From assembly GCA_037142615.1 (NCBI GenBank), contig JBAXAI010000001.1, positions 32,001-96,000 of the forward strand: a stretch of DNA of 64,000 nucleotides. Direction: 5' to 3'. The notes under the pieces were generated by a model. The model saw only the letters and a list, made by a program, of their open reading frames with translations, was not told the origin of the DNA and did not search any database. The translations under genes were made by a program, and so were the position numbers. How positions within the stretch are numbered: the first letter of the stretch is position 1; each line of letters starts with the position of its first letter. Of the stretch, positions 49,276-58,197 are shown one piece after another. The stretch comes from Spirochaetales bacterium (lineage in GTDB: Bacteria; Spirochaetota; Spirochaetia; JABEVK01).

Positions 49276-50304
49276 ATGGTCGACGAAATCCGCTTTACGG
49301 CCGGGGAGTTTTCCACCCGCATCCGCTTCTATCACCAACCACAGGACTTGCTGGAGGGTGCCCAGCTCGCCGTCTTTGACGAAAACACGCGCAGTTTGGT
49401 ACCCGGCTACACGGGTCCCGACCTGGTTTGGCCTGCCGGAGAGGCGCACAAGACCTGGCCTCAGATCGACGCGCTCCTCGCCAGGGCTCTCGGGCTCGCC
49501 TTGGCTCGCGACAGCCTGCTCGCGGGCGTCGGTGGCGGGGTGGTCACCGACATGGCTGCCTTTGCCGCCAGCTTGTTTATGCGCGGTTGCCGGCTCGTTC
49601 TGGTGCCAACGACCCTGCTGGCCATGGTCGATGCGTCGCTCGGTGGCAAGACGGGCATCGACTACCACGGCTTCAAGAACCTCGTGGGAACCTTCTACCC
49701 GGCCCAGGAACTCCGAATCTGGCCCGGCTTTCTCCAGACTCTCCCGGAACGTGACTACCGCAGTGGCCTCGCCGAGGTGATCAAGCACGCCATGCTTGGT
49801 GAGCCAGGGCTTTGGGAACTCCTGTCAAAGTCCCACGAGGCCATCCTTGCCCGCGAGCCGGCCGTCCTCAACGAGTTGGTGTACCGGGCCATCATGGTCA
49901 AAGTCGGCGTTGTGGAACGCGACCTTCGGGAAGCGGGCGAGCGCGCCTTTCTCAACCTCGGCCACACGTTTGGGCACGCGCTCGAGTCGGTCATGACCTT
50001 TGATGGCACCTGGACCCATGGCGAGGCCGTTTGCTGGGGAATCGCGCGGGCGCTCGACCTGGGCGTCGGCCTTGGTCGCACCGATAAGGCTTGGCAGGCC
50101 GAGGTGTTGGCGATGCTGGGAGCCTATGGCTTCCGGTTGACGGCTGCGGGTGCCGTTCCCTCCGCGCTGTTGGCGGCAATGAAGAACGACAAGAAGAAAA
50201 AGGATGGTTTGGTCCGCTTTGTTTTGCAGGAAGCCATGGGAAAGACGTTCCAGCAACCCGTGCCCGATGACGACGTGCTCGCTTGCCTCGCGAGGGGTGT
50301 CTAG
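49276..50304 (+). CDS. aroB: 3-dehydroquinate synthase
   Basis: GGGVVTD, PTTLLAMVDASLGGKTG, KNLVGTF, LNLGHTFGHALE, HGEAV. Confidence 0.95.
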   Translation: MVDEIRFTAGEFSTRIRFYHQPQDLLEGAQLAVFDENTRSLVPGYTGPDLVWPAGEAHKTWPQIDALLARALGLALARDSLLAGVGGGVVTDMAAFAASLFMRGCRLVLVPTTLLAMVDASLGGKTGIDYHGFKNLVGTFYPAQELRIWPGFLQTLPERDYRSGLAEVIKHAMLGEPGLWELLSKSHEAILAREPAVLNELVYRAIMVKVGVVERDLREAGERAFLNLGHTFGHALESVMTFDGTWTHGEAVCWGIARALDLGVGLGRTDKAWQAEVLAMLGAYGFRLTAAGAVPSALLAAMKNDKKKKDGLVRFVLQEAMGKTFQQPVPDDDVLACLARGV

Positions 50305-50305
50305 G

Positions 50306-50917
50306 ATGGATCCGCGCGCAGTGAACCTTCAAAAGAGTCTGCTGGCCTTTCAGGCCGGCGATGTGATCTTCCGCGAGGGCGAGCCGGGCGAAAATATGTA
50401 CATCGTGCTCGACGGCGAAGTCGAGATCCTCAAACAGGCCGGTGGAGGCAGCTCCAAAGTGCTTGCTACCGTGGGGAAGGGCGCATTCTTCGGTGAAATG
50501 GCCCTCATTGAGGACAGGCCCCGTTCGGCCAGCGCGGTGGCCACCACCGAGGGGCGGCTCCTGGTGATGAGCGATGCCCTGCTCGACTCGTATATTGTTA
50601 CCAATCCAGAGTTTGCGGCCAAGATGATCCGGAACCTCGCCCAGCGGCTGAGGGGGGCGAACAAACTCATCGAGCAGGCCTTGGTGGGCAATACTCTCAA
50701 GGTCGTGCAAGAAGGTCTGGTCGACTGGGCCCGTGAGAACGGCACCGATACCGTCAGGGGAACGCGTGTGAGCATACCGGCCTTTTCTGCCTGGGCTTCG
50801 CAGCACTTGGGCGTCCCGGAACGGAACATTCCCGACCTCCTCAAGACCCTTCTGGAGCGCGGGATTTTGGTCCCTTCGGCCCTCGGCGAACAAGAAGTGA
50901 TCTACCCGAAGAAGTAG
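50306..50917 (+). CDS. Crp/Fnr-family cNMP-binding regulator
   Basis: IFREGE, FFGEMAL..RPRSASA, C-terminal winged-HTH-like region. Confidence 0.85.
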   Translation: MDPRAVNLQKSLLAFQAGDVIFREGEPGENMYIVLDGEVEILKQAGGGSSKVLATVGKGAFFGEMALIEDRPRSASAVATTEGRLLVMSDALLDSYIVTNPEFAAKMIRNLAQRLRGANKLIEQALVGNTLKVVQEGLVDWARENGTDTVRGTRVSIPAFSAWASQHLGVPERNIPDLLKTLLERGILVPSALGEQEVIYPKK

Positions 50918-50924
50918 TCCAGAC

Positions 50925-50953
50925 TTGACAGAGGCTGGCAACGACTATAAGGT
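50925..50953 (+). promoter_or_regulatory. sigma70 promoter of the fab operon
   Basis: TTGACA-17 nt-TAAGGT. Confidence 0.7.
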
Positions 50954-50987
50954 CAGCCTAGTTTTGGAACCCCAAGGAGGGCGCAAC

Positions 50988-51809
50988 ATGCCTGTTTTCC
51001 AGAAAACCCAGTGGGCGGTCATCCTCGGTGGCTCCAGTGGTTTTGGCCTCGCTACCGCCAAGAAACTCAGCAAAGAAGGCATGGGCGTTTGCGTCGTTCA
51101 CCGCGACCGCAAGGGCAGTATGGACGCCATCCAGCCCGAGTTTGACGCCATCGCCAAGCTCGGAAACGGGTTTGTCGCCCTCAACCTTGACGCCCTCAGC
51201 CCCGAAGGCGTCCAAGAGACCTTGACGGCCCTCAAGGCGGCCATGGGGAGCGCGGGCAAGGTTCGCACCCTGATGCATTCGATCGCCTTTGGCAACCTCA
51301 AGCCTATTGCCCCCGTCAACACCCCGGAACTGAAAGAAACCTACGGCGAGGCGCTGATCGAAGACGAAGACATGGCCCGCACGATTTTTGCGATGGGAAC
51401 GAGCCTGCTGACCTGGACCCAGGCGATTTTCCGTGCGGGGCTGTTTGCCTCCGACGCCCGCGTGTTCGGAATGACCAGCGAGGGCAACGAAGTGGCTTGG
51501 CGAGGTTATGCAGCCGTCAGCGCCGCCAAAACGGCCCTCGAGGCGGTTTCCCGGTCCATCGCGGTGGAGTACGCGCCCTACGGCATACGCAGCAATATCC
51601 TTCAGGCTGGTGTCACCGACACGCCTGCCCTGCGAAAAATTCCCGGTAACGACGAGATGAAGGCCCACGCCCGCAGCATCAACCCTTTCAAGCGCTTGAC
51701 GTTGCCCGAAGACGTGGCCGGCATGGTTTTTCTGCTCAGTCAGGACGAAGCAGGCTGGGTAAACGGCAGTCTGATCCGGGTCGACGGTGGTGAACGTATT
51801 GCCGGTTAA
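50988..51809 (+). CDS. enoyl-ACP reductase (FabI/FabL-like SDR)
   Basis: GGSSGFG, Y-x6-K (YAAVSAAK), TDTPAL; AAGGAGG SD. Confidence 0.8.
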   Translation: MPVFQKTQWAVILGGSSGFGLATAKKLSKEGMGVCVVHRDRKGSMDAIQPEFDAIAKLGNGFVALNLDALSPEGVQETLTALKAAMGSAGKVRTLMHSIAFGNLKPIAPVNTPELKETYGEALIEDEDMARTIFAMGTSLLTWTQAIFRAGLFASDARVFGMTSEGNEVAWRGYAAVSAAKTALEAVSRSIAVEYAPYGIRSNILQAGVTDTPALRKIPGNDEMKAHARSINPFKRLTLPEDVAGMVFLLSQDEAGWVNGSLIRVDGGERIAG

Positions 51810-52797
51810 CAAGACCGACTGCGAACTTTACGTTCTGGGAATGGGGCATTTTCACCCCGGGAACGTCATCGACAATGCCTTCCTGACCAGTCTGGATATC
51901 GGGACCAACGACGAGTGGATCACTGAGCGCACCGGCATCCAGCGTCGGCGTACCGTACTTTCTCTCGACTACATCACGTCGACCAAAAACGTGGATCCCC
52001 GGGCCTCTGGCGCCGCTTCGTTGTTCACCAACGCCCAGACCGGTGCCGCCGCCGCCAAAATGGCGCTCGCCCGCGCCGGCCTGCAACCCTCCGACATTGG
52101 CCTGGTGATCTCAGGCGGCTGTTCGCCCCAGCACACCATTCCGGCCGAAGCGTGCAGCATCGCAGCCGAGCTCGGCATCGAGGCACCCGGCTACGATATC
52201 AACTCGGCGTGCTCGAGCTTTGCCGCGCAGCTGAACGCGCTGCGCAACACCAAGCCGGAAACGCTTCCTGACTATATCCTCGTCGTCAACGCCGAGAACA
52301 CCACCCGTACCGTCGACTACAACGACCGTTCGACCGCCGTACTGTGGGGTGATGGAACTGCGGCCACCATCGTGTCACCTCGCAAGCAGGGCCGCTTCGG
52401 GGTCAAATGGACGACGCTGGTTTCTGACCCCTCGGGCTGGGACAAGGTGAGTATTCCCACCGGCGGCTTCTTTCAGCAGAACGGCTCGGCCGTGCAGACC
52501 TTCGGCATCCGCAAGTCCGGCGAAATGCTCAAGGCGCTCCGTGAGCACGTGGGGCCCGAGCACTACTACATCGGCCATCAGGCCAACCTGCTGATGCTGC
52601 AGTCCATCTGCGACCGGGCGGGCATCCCTGCCGAGCGCCACTTGTACAATGTCCATGAGTTCGGGAACTGCGGGGCCGCTGGGGCGCCGTCCGTTCTGTC
52701 GCAAAACTGGGACCGCTTTGCCTCCGGCGATGAGATCGCGCTGGTGGTGGTTGGTTCCGGCCTAACCTGGGGCGGCGTGGCCCTGCAAGTTCTGTGA
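51787..52797 (+). CDS. fabH: 3-oxoacyl-ACP synthase III
   Basis: EWITERTGI, SACSSF, HQAN, GNCGAA catalytic triad; exact start uncertain (51787-51799). Confidence 0.88.
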   Translation: MVNVLPVNKTDCELYVLGMGHFHPGNVIDNAFLTSLDIGTNDEWITERTGIQRRRTVLSLDYITSTKNVDPRASGAASLFTNAQTGAAAAKMALARAGLQPSDIGLVISGGCSPQHTIPAEACSIAAELGIEAPGYDINSACSSFAAQLNALRNTKPETLPDYILVVNAENTTRTVDYNDRSTAVLWGDGTAATIVSPRKQGRFGVKWTTLVSDPSGWDKVSIPTGGFFQQNGSAVQTFGIRKSGEMLKALREHVGPEHYYIGHQANLLMLQSICDRAGIPAERHLYNVHEFGNCGAAGAPSVLSQNWDRFASGDEIALVVVGSGLTWGGVALQVL

Positions 52798-52804
52798 GGA
52801 CCCC

Positions 52805-53395
52805 ATGAAATACGCGGACTACCTGAAGAGCACGTCGCTCGACAAAAACCAGATTCTGGCGCTGGCCTACGGCAACCTCGTCGAGGACGAGCCCGAAGGC
52901 GGCTTCGCCTCGCTTCCGGCCCCGCCGATGCTGATGTTTGACCGCATCACCGAGATCAGCCACAACGGCAACCGCGGACGCATCGTCGCCGAACAGGACG
53001 TGCTGGTCGACGCCTGGTTTTTCCACTGCCACTTCCGCAACGACCCGGTACAACCTGGCTGCCTTGGCGTCGACGCCGTCTGGCAACTCATTGGCCTGTA
53101 CGCCGGCCTGCGCGGGGCCCAAGGCTCGGGCCGCGCGCTAGGCGTCGGTTCCGTCGAGTTCCTCGGTCAGATCCGGCCGTACAACAAGATCGTGCGCTAT
53201 GAAGTCGAGATCCGCCGTTTTGCCGACCTTCCGGCGAGCAACTCGGCGCTCGCCATTGGCAGTGCCAAGGTACTCGTCGACGGCGAGGCCATCTACACGC
53301 TCACCGACGCCAAAGTTGGAGTATTTAAAAACATCCGCTATCCTGACTACCCGTACCCGTCCGAAAACTCGGTCGGAGGAGTGATGCAACGATGA
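52805..53395 (+). CDS. fabA: 3-hydroxydecanoyl-ACP dehydratase/isomerase
   Basis: LPAPPMLMFDRI, WFF.CHF..DPV.PGCLGVDA.WQL (His/Asp), GRALG. Confidence 0.9.
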   Translation: MKYADYLKSTSLDKNQILALAYGNLVEDEPEGGFASLPAPPMLMFDRITEISHNGNRGRIVAEQDVLVDAWFFHCHFRNDPVQPGCLGVDAVWQLIGLYAGLRGAQGSGRALGVGSVEFLGQIRPYNKIVRYEVEIRRFADLPASNSALAIGSAKVLVDGEAIYTLTDAKVGVFKNIRYPDYPYPSENSVGGVMQR

Positions 53396-54117
53396 GTGAC
53401 GCTAAAATCGCGCTGGTGACCGGCGGAGCCACCGGCATCGGCGCCGCGTGCTGCCGTATCCTGGCCCAGGCCGGGTTCACGGTGGGCATCCACTACAACA
53501 GTTCGGCGGCGGCGGCCGAGGCGCTGGCCAAAGAACTGCACGGAAGTTTCACCGTGGGGGCCGACATCTCGACCGAAGCCGGGGTAGACTCGGTGGTCGA
53601 AGCGCTCAAGGGCAAGGGCCAACTGGCCGTGCTGGTGAACAACGCCGGCATGGCCATCGACGCACCGATCTTCAGCGCCAAACTCGAGGACTTCGACAAA
53701 GTGGTCGCCACCAACATGCGCTCCACTTGGTACCTCACCAAGAAACTCACCCGCCTGATGATCCGCGCCAAGGAAGGCCGGGTGATCAACATCTCGAGCG
53801 TGGTGGGCCACACGGGCAACCCCACGCAGTCGGTGTACGGCATGACCAAGGCGGCCATCGACAACTTCACCAAGACTGCGGCGCTGGAACTCGCCGGTTA
53901 CAACATTCTGGTCAACGCGGTCGCTCCCGGCTTCATCGAAACCCGCATGACGGCCGAACTCGGTGACGACATCAAGGCCGGCATTTTCGCCCGCATCCCC
54001 CTCGGCCGCATGGGCCAGCCTGAGGAAATCGCCAAGGCCGTGCGATTCCTCGCGGTCGACGCCAGTTACTGCACTGGCACGGTGATCCACGTCAACGGAG
54101 GCATGTACCTTGGCTGA
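53392..54117 (+). CDS. fabG: 3-oxoacyl-ACP reductase
   Basis: TGGATGIG, NNAG, ISSVVG, YGMTK, NAVAPGFI, VNGGM. Confidence 0.9.
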   Translation: MSDAKIALVTGGATGIGAACCRILAQAGFTVGIHYNSSAAAAEALAKELHGSFTVGADISTEAGVDSVVEALKGKGQLAVLVNNAGMAIDAPIFSAKLEDFDKVVATNMRSTWYLTKKLTRLMIRAKEGRVINISSVVGHTGNPTQSVYGMTKAAIDNFTKTAALELAGYNILVNAVAPGFIETRMTAELGDDIKAGIFARIPLGRMGQPEEIAKAVRFLAVDASYCTGTVIHVNGGMYLG

Positions 54118-54580
54118 CACCTACCCCCCGCTGAGCCCGGCAGAGCTGCTCAAACTTCTTCCGCAACAGAAGCCCTTCCGCTTTGTCGACGAGATCACCG
54201 AGGTTGACGCCACCCACATCGTGGGCCGCTACACCTTCCGGGCCGACGAGTTCTTTTACCCCGGGCACTTTCCGGGCAACCCGGTGACACCCGGTGTCAT
54301 TCTGCTCGAGTGCATGTGTCAGATCGGTGTGGTGCTCCAGGGCATCTACTTGGTCGGCATCGAGCTTCCACCCGAACAACACCACGACTGGCTGACGCTG
54401 TTTTCCGACGCGCAGGTCGAGTTCCTCAAGTCAGTCCTTCCCGGTGATACCGTCACCGTGCGGGGCGATCTGGAGTTCTGGCGCCGCAAAAAACTCAAGG
54501 CCCGCGTGACGATGCATCTCGCCGACGGAACTTTGGCGGCCACCGCCACAGCGTCCGGCATAGGAGTCCGAAATGTCTGA
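54110..54580 (+). CDS. fabZ: 3-hydroxyacyl-ACP dehydratase (FabZ-type)
   Basis: LPQQKPFRFVD, GHFPGNPVTPGVILLE (His/Glu); TTG start. Confidence 0.82.
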   Translation: MADTYPPLSPAELLKLLPQQKPFRFVDEITEVDATHIVGRYTFRADEFFYPGHFPGNPVTPGVILLECMCQIGVVLQGIYLVGIELPPEQHHDWLTLFSDAQVEFLKSVLPGDTVTVRGDLEFWRRKKLKARVTMHLADGTLAATATASGIGVRNV

Positions 54581-55853
54581 CAAAACCCGCGTTGTGATCA
54601 CCGGCCTGGGGGTCATCGCACCCAACGGTCACGGCTTGGCCGACTTTGAGGCGGCGCTGAGGGCCGGCAAGTCTGGCATCCGCTTCGTGCCCAAACTTCA
54701 GGAGCTCAAGTTTGCCTGTCAGGTGGGCGGCATACCCGAGAATCTGGAAGAAATCAAAAAGAAATACTTCAGCGAGGACCTTCTCCTGGCAATGAATGAG
54801 TCGATGCTCTACGCGGGCATCGCCGCCCTCGATTGCTGGCGCGACGCTGGCCTTCCCGAACCGTCGGCTGACGAGAACTCAGTCGACTGGGACACCGGGG
54901 CCATCCTTGGCACCGGCATCGGCGGAGCCGACACCCTCTGCGGTCGGGTTGGACCAGGCACCGATGCGGGAAACGTCCGCCGACTCGGAAGTACCATGGT
55001 CGAGCAGGCCATGGCTTCGGCAGTCAGCGCCCGCATCGGTGGCATCCTCGGTCTCGGGGGGCAGGTCTACACCAACTCCTCGGCCTGCACCACGGGCACC
55101 GAAGCCGTGATCAATGCCTACTTCCACATCAAGGAAGGCCGCGCCAAGCGCATGCTCGCCGGTGGCGCCGAAGGCTCCTCGCCCTACATCTGGGCTGGGT
55201 TCGACGCGATGCGCGTGCTCGGCAAAAGCCACAATGACACCCCCGAAAAGGCCAGCCGCCCCATGAGCGCCAGTACGGCCGGGTTCATTCCCGGCTCGGG
55301 TTCCGGCATCCTGATGTTGGAGTCTCTCGAAAGTGCAAAGGCCCGTGGTGCCAAGATTTACGGTGAGATTCTCGGTGGTCACGTCAACTCGGGCGGCCAG
55401 CGTGGCAAGGGCAGCATGACCGCGCCTAATCCCGTGGGCGTGCGCAAGTGCATCCAGGCGGCCCTCGACAATGCCGGGATCAAGGGCTCGCAAATCGATG
55501 TCATCAACGGGCACCTTACCGGTACGATGGCCGACCCGATGGAAGTCGAAAACTGGAAAGTCGCCCTCGGTGTCGAGCCCGATCAGATCCCTCTGATCAA
55601 CGGAACCAAGAGCATGATCGGCCACGCGTTGGGCGCGGCCGGGGGCATCGAATGCGTCGCAGCGGTCCTCCAGTTGAAAAAAGGCTTCATCCATGGTTCA
55701 ATCAATTGTGAGGACTTGCATACCGCGTTGGTTCCCTACGAATCCCGCATCGTGCGCAAGACCATCGACAAGTCGTTCACGATCCTGGCCAAAGCCAGTT
55801 TCGGGTTTGGCGACGTGAACGGGTGTGTCCTTTTCAAAAAGTACACCGACTGA
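54573..55853 (+). CDS. fabF: beta-ketoacyl-ACP synthase (KAS I/II family)
   Basis: RVVITGLG, SACTTG, NGHLTGT, KSMIGHALGA, SFGFG. Confidence 0.88.
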   Translation: MSDKTRVVITGLGVIAPNGHGLADFEAALRAGKSGIRFVPKLQELKFACQVGGIPENLEEIKKKYFSEDLLLAMNESMLYAGIAALDCWRDAGLPEPSADENSVDWDTGAILGTGIGGADTLCGRVGPGTDAGNVRRLGSTMVEQAMASAVSARIGGILGLGGQVYTNSSACTTGTEAVINAYFHIKEGRAKRMLAGGAEGSSPYIWAGFDAMRVLGKSHNDTPEKASRPMSASTAGFIPGSGSGILMLESLESAKARGAKIYGEILGGHVNSGGQRGKGSMTAPNPVGVRKCIQAALDNAGIKGSQIDVINGHLTGTMADPMEVENWKVALGVEPDQIPLINGTKSMIGHALGAAGGIECVAAVLQLKKGFIHGSINCEDLHTALVPYESRIVRKTIDKSFTILAKASFGFGDVNGCVLFKKYTD

Positions 55854-55891
55854 AGTTTTCCCCGCAGACCGAAGAGTCAAAAGGAGCATTT

Positions 55892-56143
55892 ATGACCAAA
55901 GACGAAGCTTTCACCAAAGTGGTGGCCATCATCGGCCCCTTCGCCAAGAACGCCGACGGGCTCAAGGCCGCTACGCGCGAAACCAAGATTCTCACCGACC
56001 TCGGAGTGAACTCGGCGCGCTTGGTCGACATCATTCTCGCCTTCGAGGACGAGTTCAACATCGCCATCGATGACGATGCCGCCGACAAGATCCGGACCCT
56101 CGGCGACGCTGTGGACCAGATTCTGGCTCTCGGGGCCAAGTAG
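55892..56143 (+). CDS. acyl carrier protein
   Basis: DLGVNSARLVD (phosphopantetheine Ser), EDEFNIAIDD; AAGGAG SD. Confidence 0.9.
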   Translation: MTKDEAFTKVVAIIGPFAKNADGLKAATRETKILTDLGVNSARLVDIILAFEDEFNIAIDDDAADKIRTLGDAVDQILALGAK

Positions 56144-56148
56144 CTTCT

Positions 56149-56901
56149 ATGATGAAAAAACTGGGCCTTACGGTCCAGAATTGGGTCGCCCAGTTGTCGG
56201 TTCCTTTCACTTTTGGGGTTTCCATCCTGCTGATGAAAGGGCTGCTGGGCTACCGCATCGAGAACCTACGTTCCTTCCGGCGCAAAATCACCGAGCTGCT
56301 TCGAGAAAAGAAGGGCCCGGTGATCGTTTGCCCCAACCACCTGACGATGATTGACTCGCTCATTTTGGTATGGGCCATGACGCCTCCTTGGAAGGCGCTC
56401 ACCAAACCTGAAACCTTTCCTTGGAACACTCCCGAAAAACGCAATTTTTCGCATGTTCCTGTCCTTAGGTTCTTTTGCTATCTGGGCAAGTGCCTTCCTG
56501 TCATCCGGCAAGGTACGGCCGATCAGACCAAGAAGTTCCTCGACAAGCTTCGAGACCTCATGGGACGTCGTCAGAGCTTGATGATGTTCCCGGAAGGGGC
56601 GCGGAGTCCAAGCGGCCGGGTCGACACCGAAAACTACTCTTACGGCGTGGGCAAGATTCTTGAGGACGTGAAGGCCGACGGCATGAAGCCCAACGTGCTG
56701 GTGATGTACCTCCGCGGGCGCAAGCAGGCGGGAAAAAGTTGGATTCCCCGGCGTGGCGAACGATTCTTTGTCGACGTCGAACCCTTGAATCCAACGACAA
56801 CCGCGAAGGGACTTCGGGCTCAGCGGGATCTGTCCCAACAGATCATCCAGAAGCTGGCTGCCATGGAGCAGGCCTACCTCAGTCGGTTTGTCCTGGCCTG
56901 A
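56149..56901 (+). CDS. lysophospholipid acyltransferase (PlsC-like)
   Basis: NHLTMID (H-x4-D), FPEGAR. Confidence 0.85.
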   Translation: MMKKLGLTVQNWVAQLSVPFTFGVSILLMKGLLGYRIENLRSFRRKITELLREKKGPVIVCPNHLTMIDSLILVWAMTPPWKALTKPETFPWNTPEKRNFSHVPVLRFFCYLGKCLPVIRQGTADQTKKFLDKLRDLMGRRQSLMMFPEGARSPSGRVDTENYSYGVGKILEDVKADGMKPNVLVMYLRGRKQAGKSWIPRRGERFFVDVEPLNPTTTAKGLRAQRDLSQQIIQKLAAMEQAYLSRFVLA

Positions 56902-57484
56902 ACTGTTGTCTCCGGTTCTCAGTGGTGTCGGCAACGATCTAGTGGTCTGGGATGCGGGCCCGAACCGGGGCTCCGCGTCGCAGGGCCGTTTCATCCACAG
57001 GGTTTGCACACCTTCCGAGCAGGCCCTGTTGGCGTCTTCACCAAGGGCCGAGTTCTTGGTCTGGCTCTTTTGGGCCGTCAAGGAATCCGCGTACAAGTTC
57101 GTCAGTCGTGTCCATCCTACCGTGTTTTCACCGTGCCGTCTCGAGGTTGCAGTGTCCCCGGACGAACTCGAGGGCACCGTTTGCTTCGAGGGAGAACACT
57201 GGCCTTGGAGGGCCAGCGAGCGCGACGGCTGGGTCCATGCCTGGGTAACGGCGAACGAGCAACAACTTTCGCGGGTACAACACCGCGTCGAACCTCTGTC
57301 TGGCCCCGAGTCCGAAGGGGTCAGGCTGTTAGCGCTGAGCCTGCTGACCCAGCTAGGCACCCGGGTCGACCGCATCGAAGGGCGACCCCCCATCGCGTTT
57401 TGCGGGGCACAAAAAGTGGCAGGTTGCCTCAGCCTGAGCCACGACGAGGGCTACGGTGCCGTAGCTTGGTTGCCGGAGTTCTGA
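56888..57484 (+). CDS. 4'-phosphopantetheinyl transferase
   Basis: GNDLV, WAVKESAYK, SLSHD. Confidence 0.82.
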   Translation: MSWPELLSPVLSGVGNDLVVWDAGPNRGSASQGRFIHRVCTPSEQALLASSPRAEFLVWLFWAVKESAYKFVSRVHPTVFSPCRLEVAVSPDELEGTVCFEGEHWPWRASERDGWVHAWVTANEQQLSRVQHRVEPLSGPESEGVRLLALSLLTQLGTRVDRIEGRPPIAFCGAQKVAGCLSLSHDEGYGAVAWLPEF

Positions 57485-58098
57485 ACGAGGAGCCTGTTCC
57501 ACACCCAGCCCATGCCCGCAGCCAAAGCGAGGAAGAAGCCGAACAACCCCGCGACGTAGGCTGCCGTCATCTCCCAGCCCAGTTTGGGAAGATTGATGAA
57601 GAAGTAGGGGTACCAGCCGGTGAACGCCCCGCGAACCAGCGAATACACACAATACAGCGCGGGAACTAGGAGCGACCAGGCCCACGAGCCCCAGGTCGCG
57701 GGCTTGGCTGGCCGGTCAAAGAACCACTCCCCCAGCATCGCCAGCGGCATAACCAGATGGAGCGCCAAGTTTGCGTAGAAGCGGATTCCTTCCGGATGGT
57801 CGGTGGCGGCCAGCAAACTCCAGTACACCAGCAACGTAACCATGCCGTACACCGTCACCGAAAGGCGAACCGCGGGAATCCCTCCGCCCCAATCCTTCCA
57901 TGGGTGCAACGAACGCAGCAAAAACCAAAGGCCGAACATCAGGTTGTTCTCAATGGTGAAGTAGCTGAAGAAGTTACCCATCGAGGTGTAGTAGGCCGCG
58001 CCAGTGCCCCGGTCGATGCTGTACCACTGCACCAGGACGGCGCCAAAAGCGAGGACGGCCCACAGAAGGGCACGAACGCGGACGAAGTTTGTTGTCAT
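57451..58098 (-). CDS. Pr6Pr/FAR-17-like membrane protein
   Basis: FSYFTIENN, LH...P, WYPYFFIN; TAAACT 6 nt before ATG 58098. Confidence 0.8.
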   Translation of the reverse strand: MTTNFVRVRALLWAVLAFGAVLVQWYSIDRGTGAAYYTSMGNFFSYFTIENNLMFGLWFLLRSLHPWKDWGGGIPAVRLSVTVYGMVTLLVYWSLLAATDHPEGIRFYANLALHLVMPLAMLGEWFFDRPAKPATWGSWAWSLLVPALYCVYSLVRGAFTGWYPYFFINLPKLGWEMTAAYVAGLFGFFLALAAGMGWVWNRLLVQNSGNQATAP

Positions 58099-58147
58099 CC
58101 CCACAGTTTAGGCCACACCTTCGCGAATTGACAAGCTTCGATTTTCC

Positions 58148-58176
58148 TTGACCCCGGGCCTGTCCTGCCTGACTAT
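58148..58176 (+). promoter_or_regulatory. sigma70-type promoter of the MFS transporter
   Basis: TTGACC-17 nt-GACTAT. Confidence 0.5.
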
Positions 58177-58197
58177 GAGAAGGCTGAGGAGGCTGCA

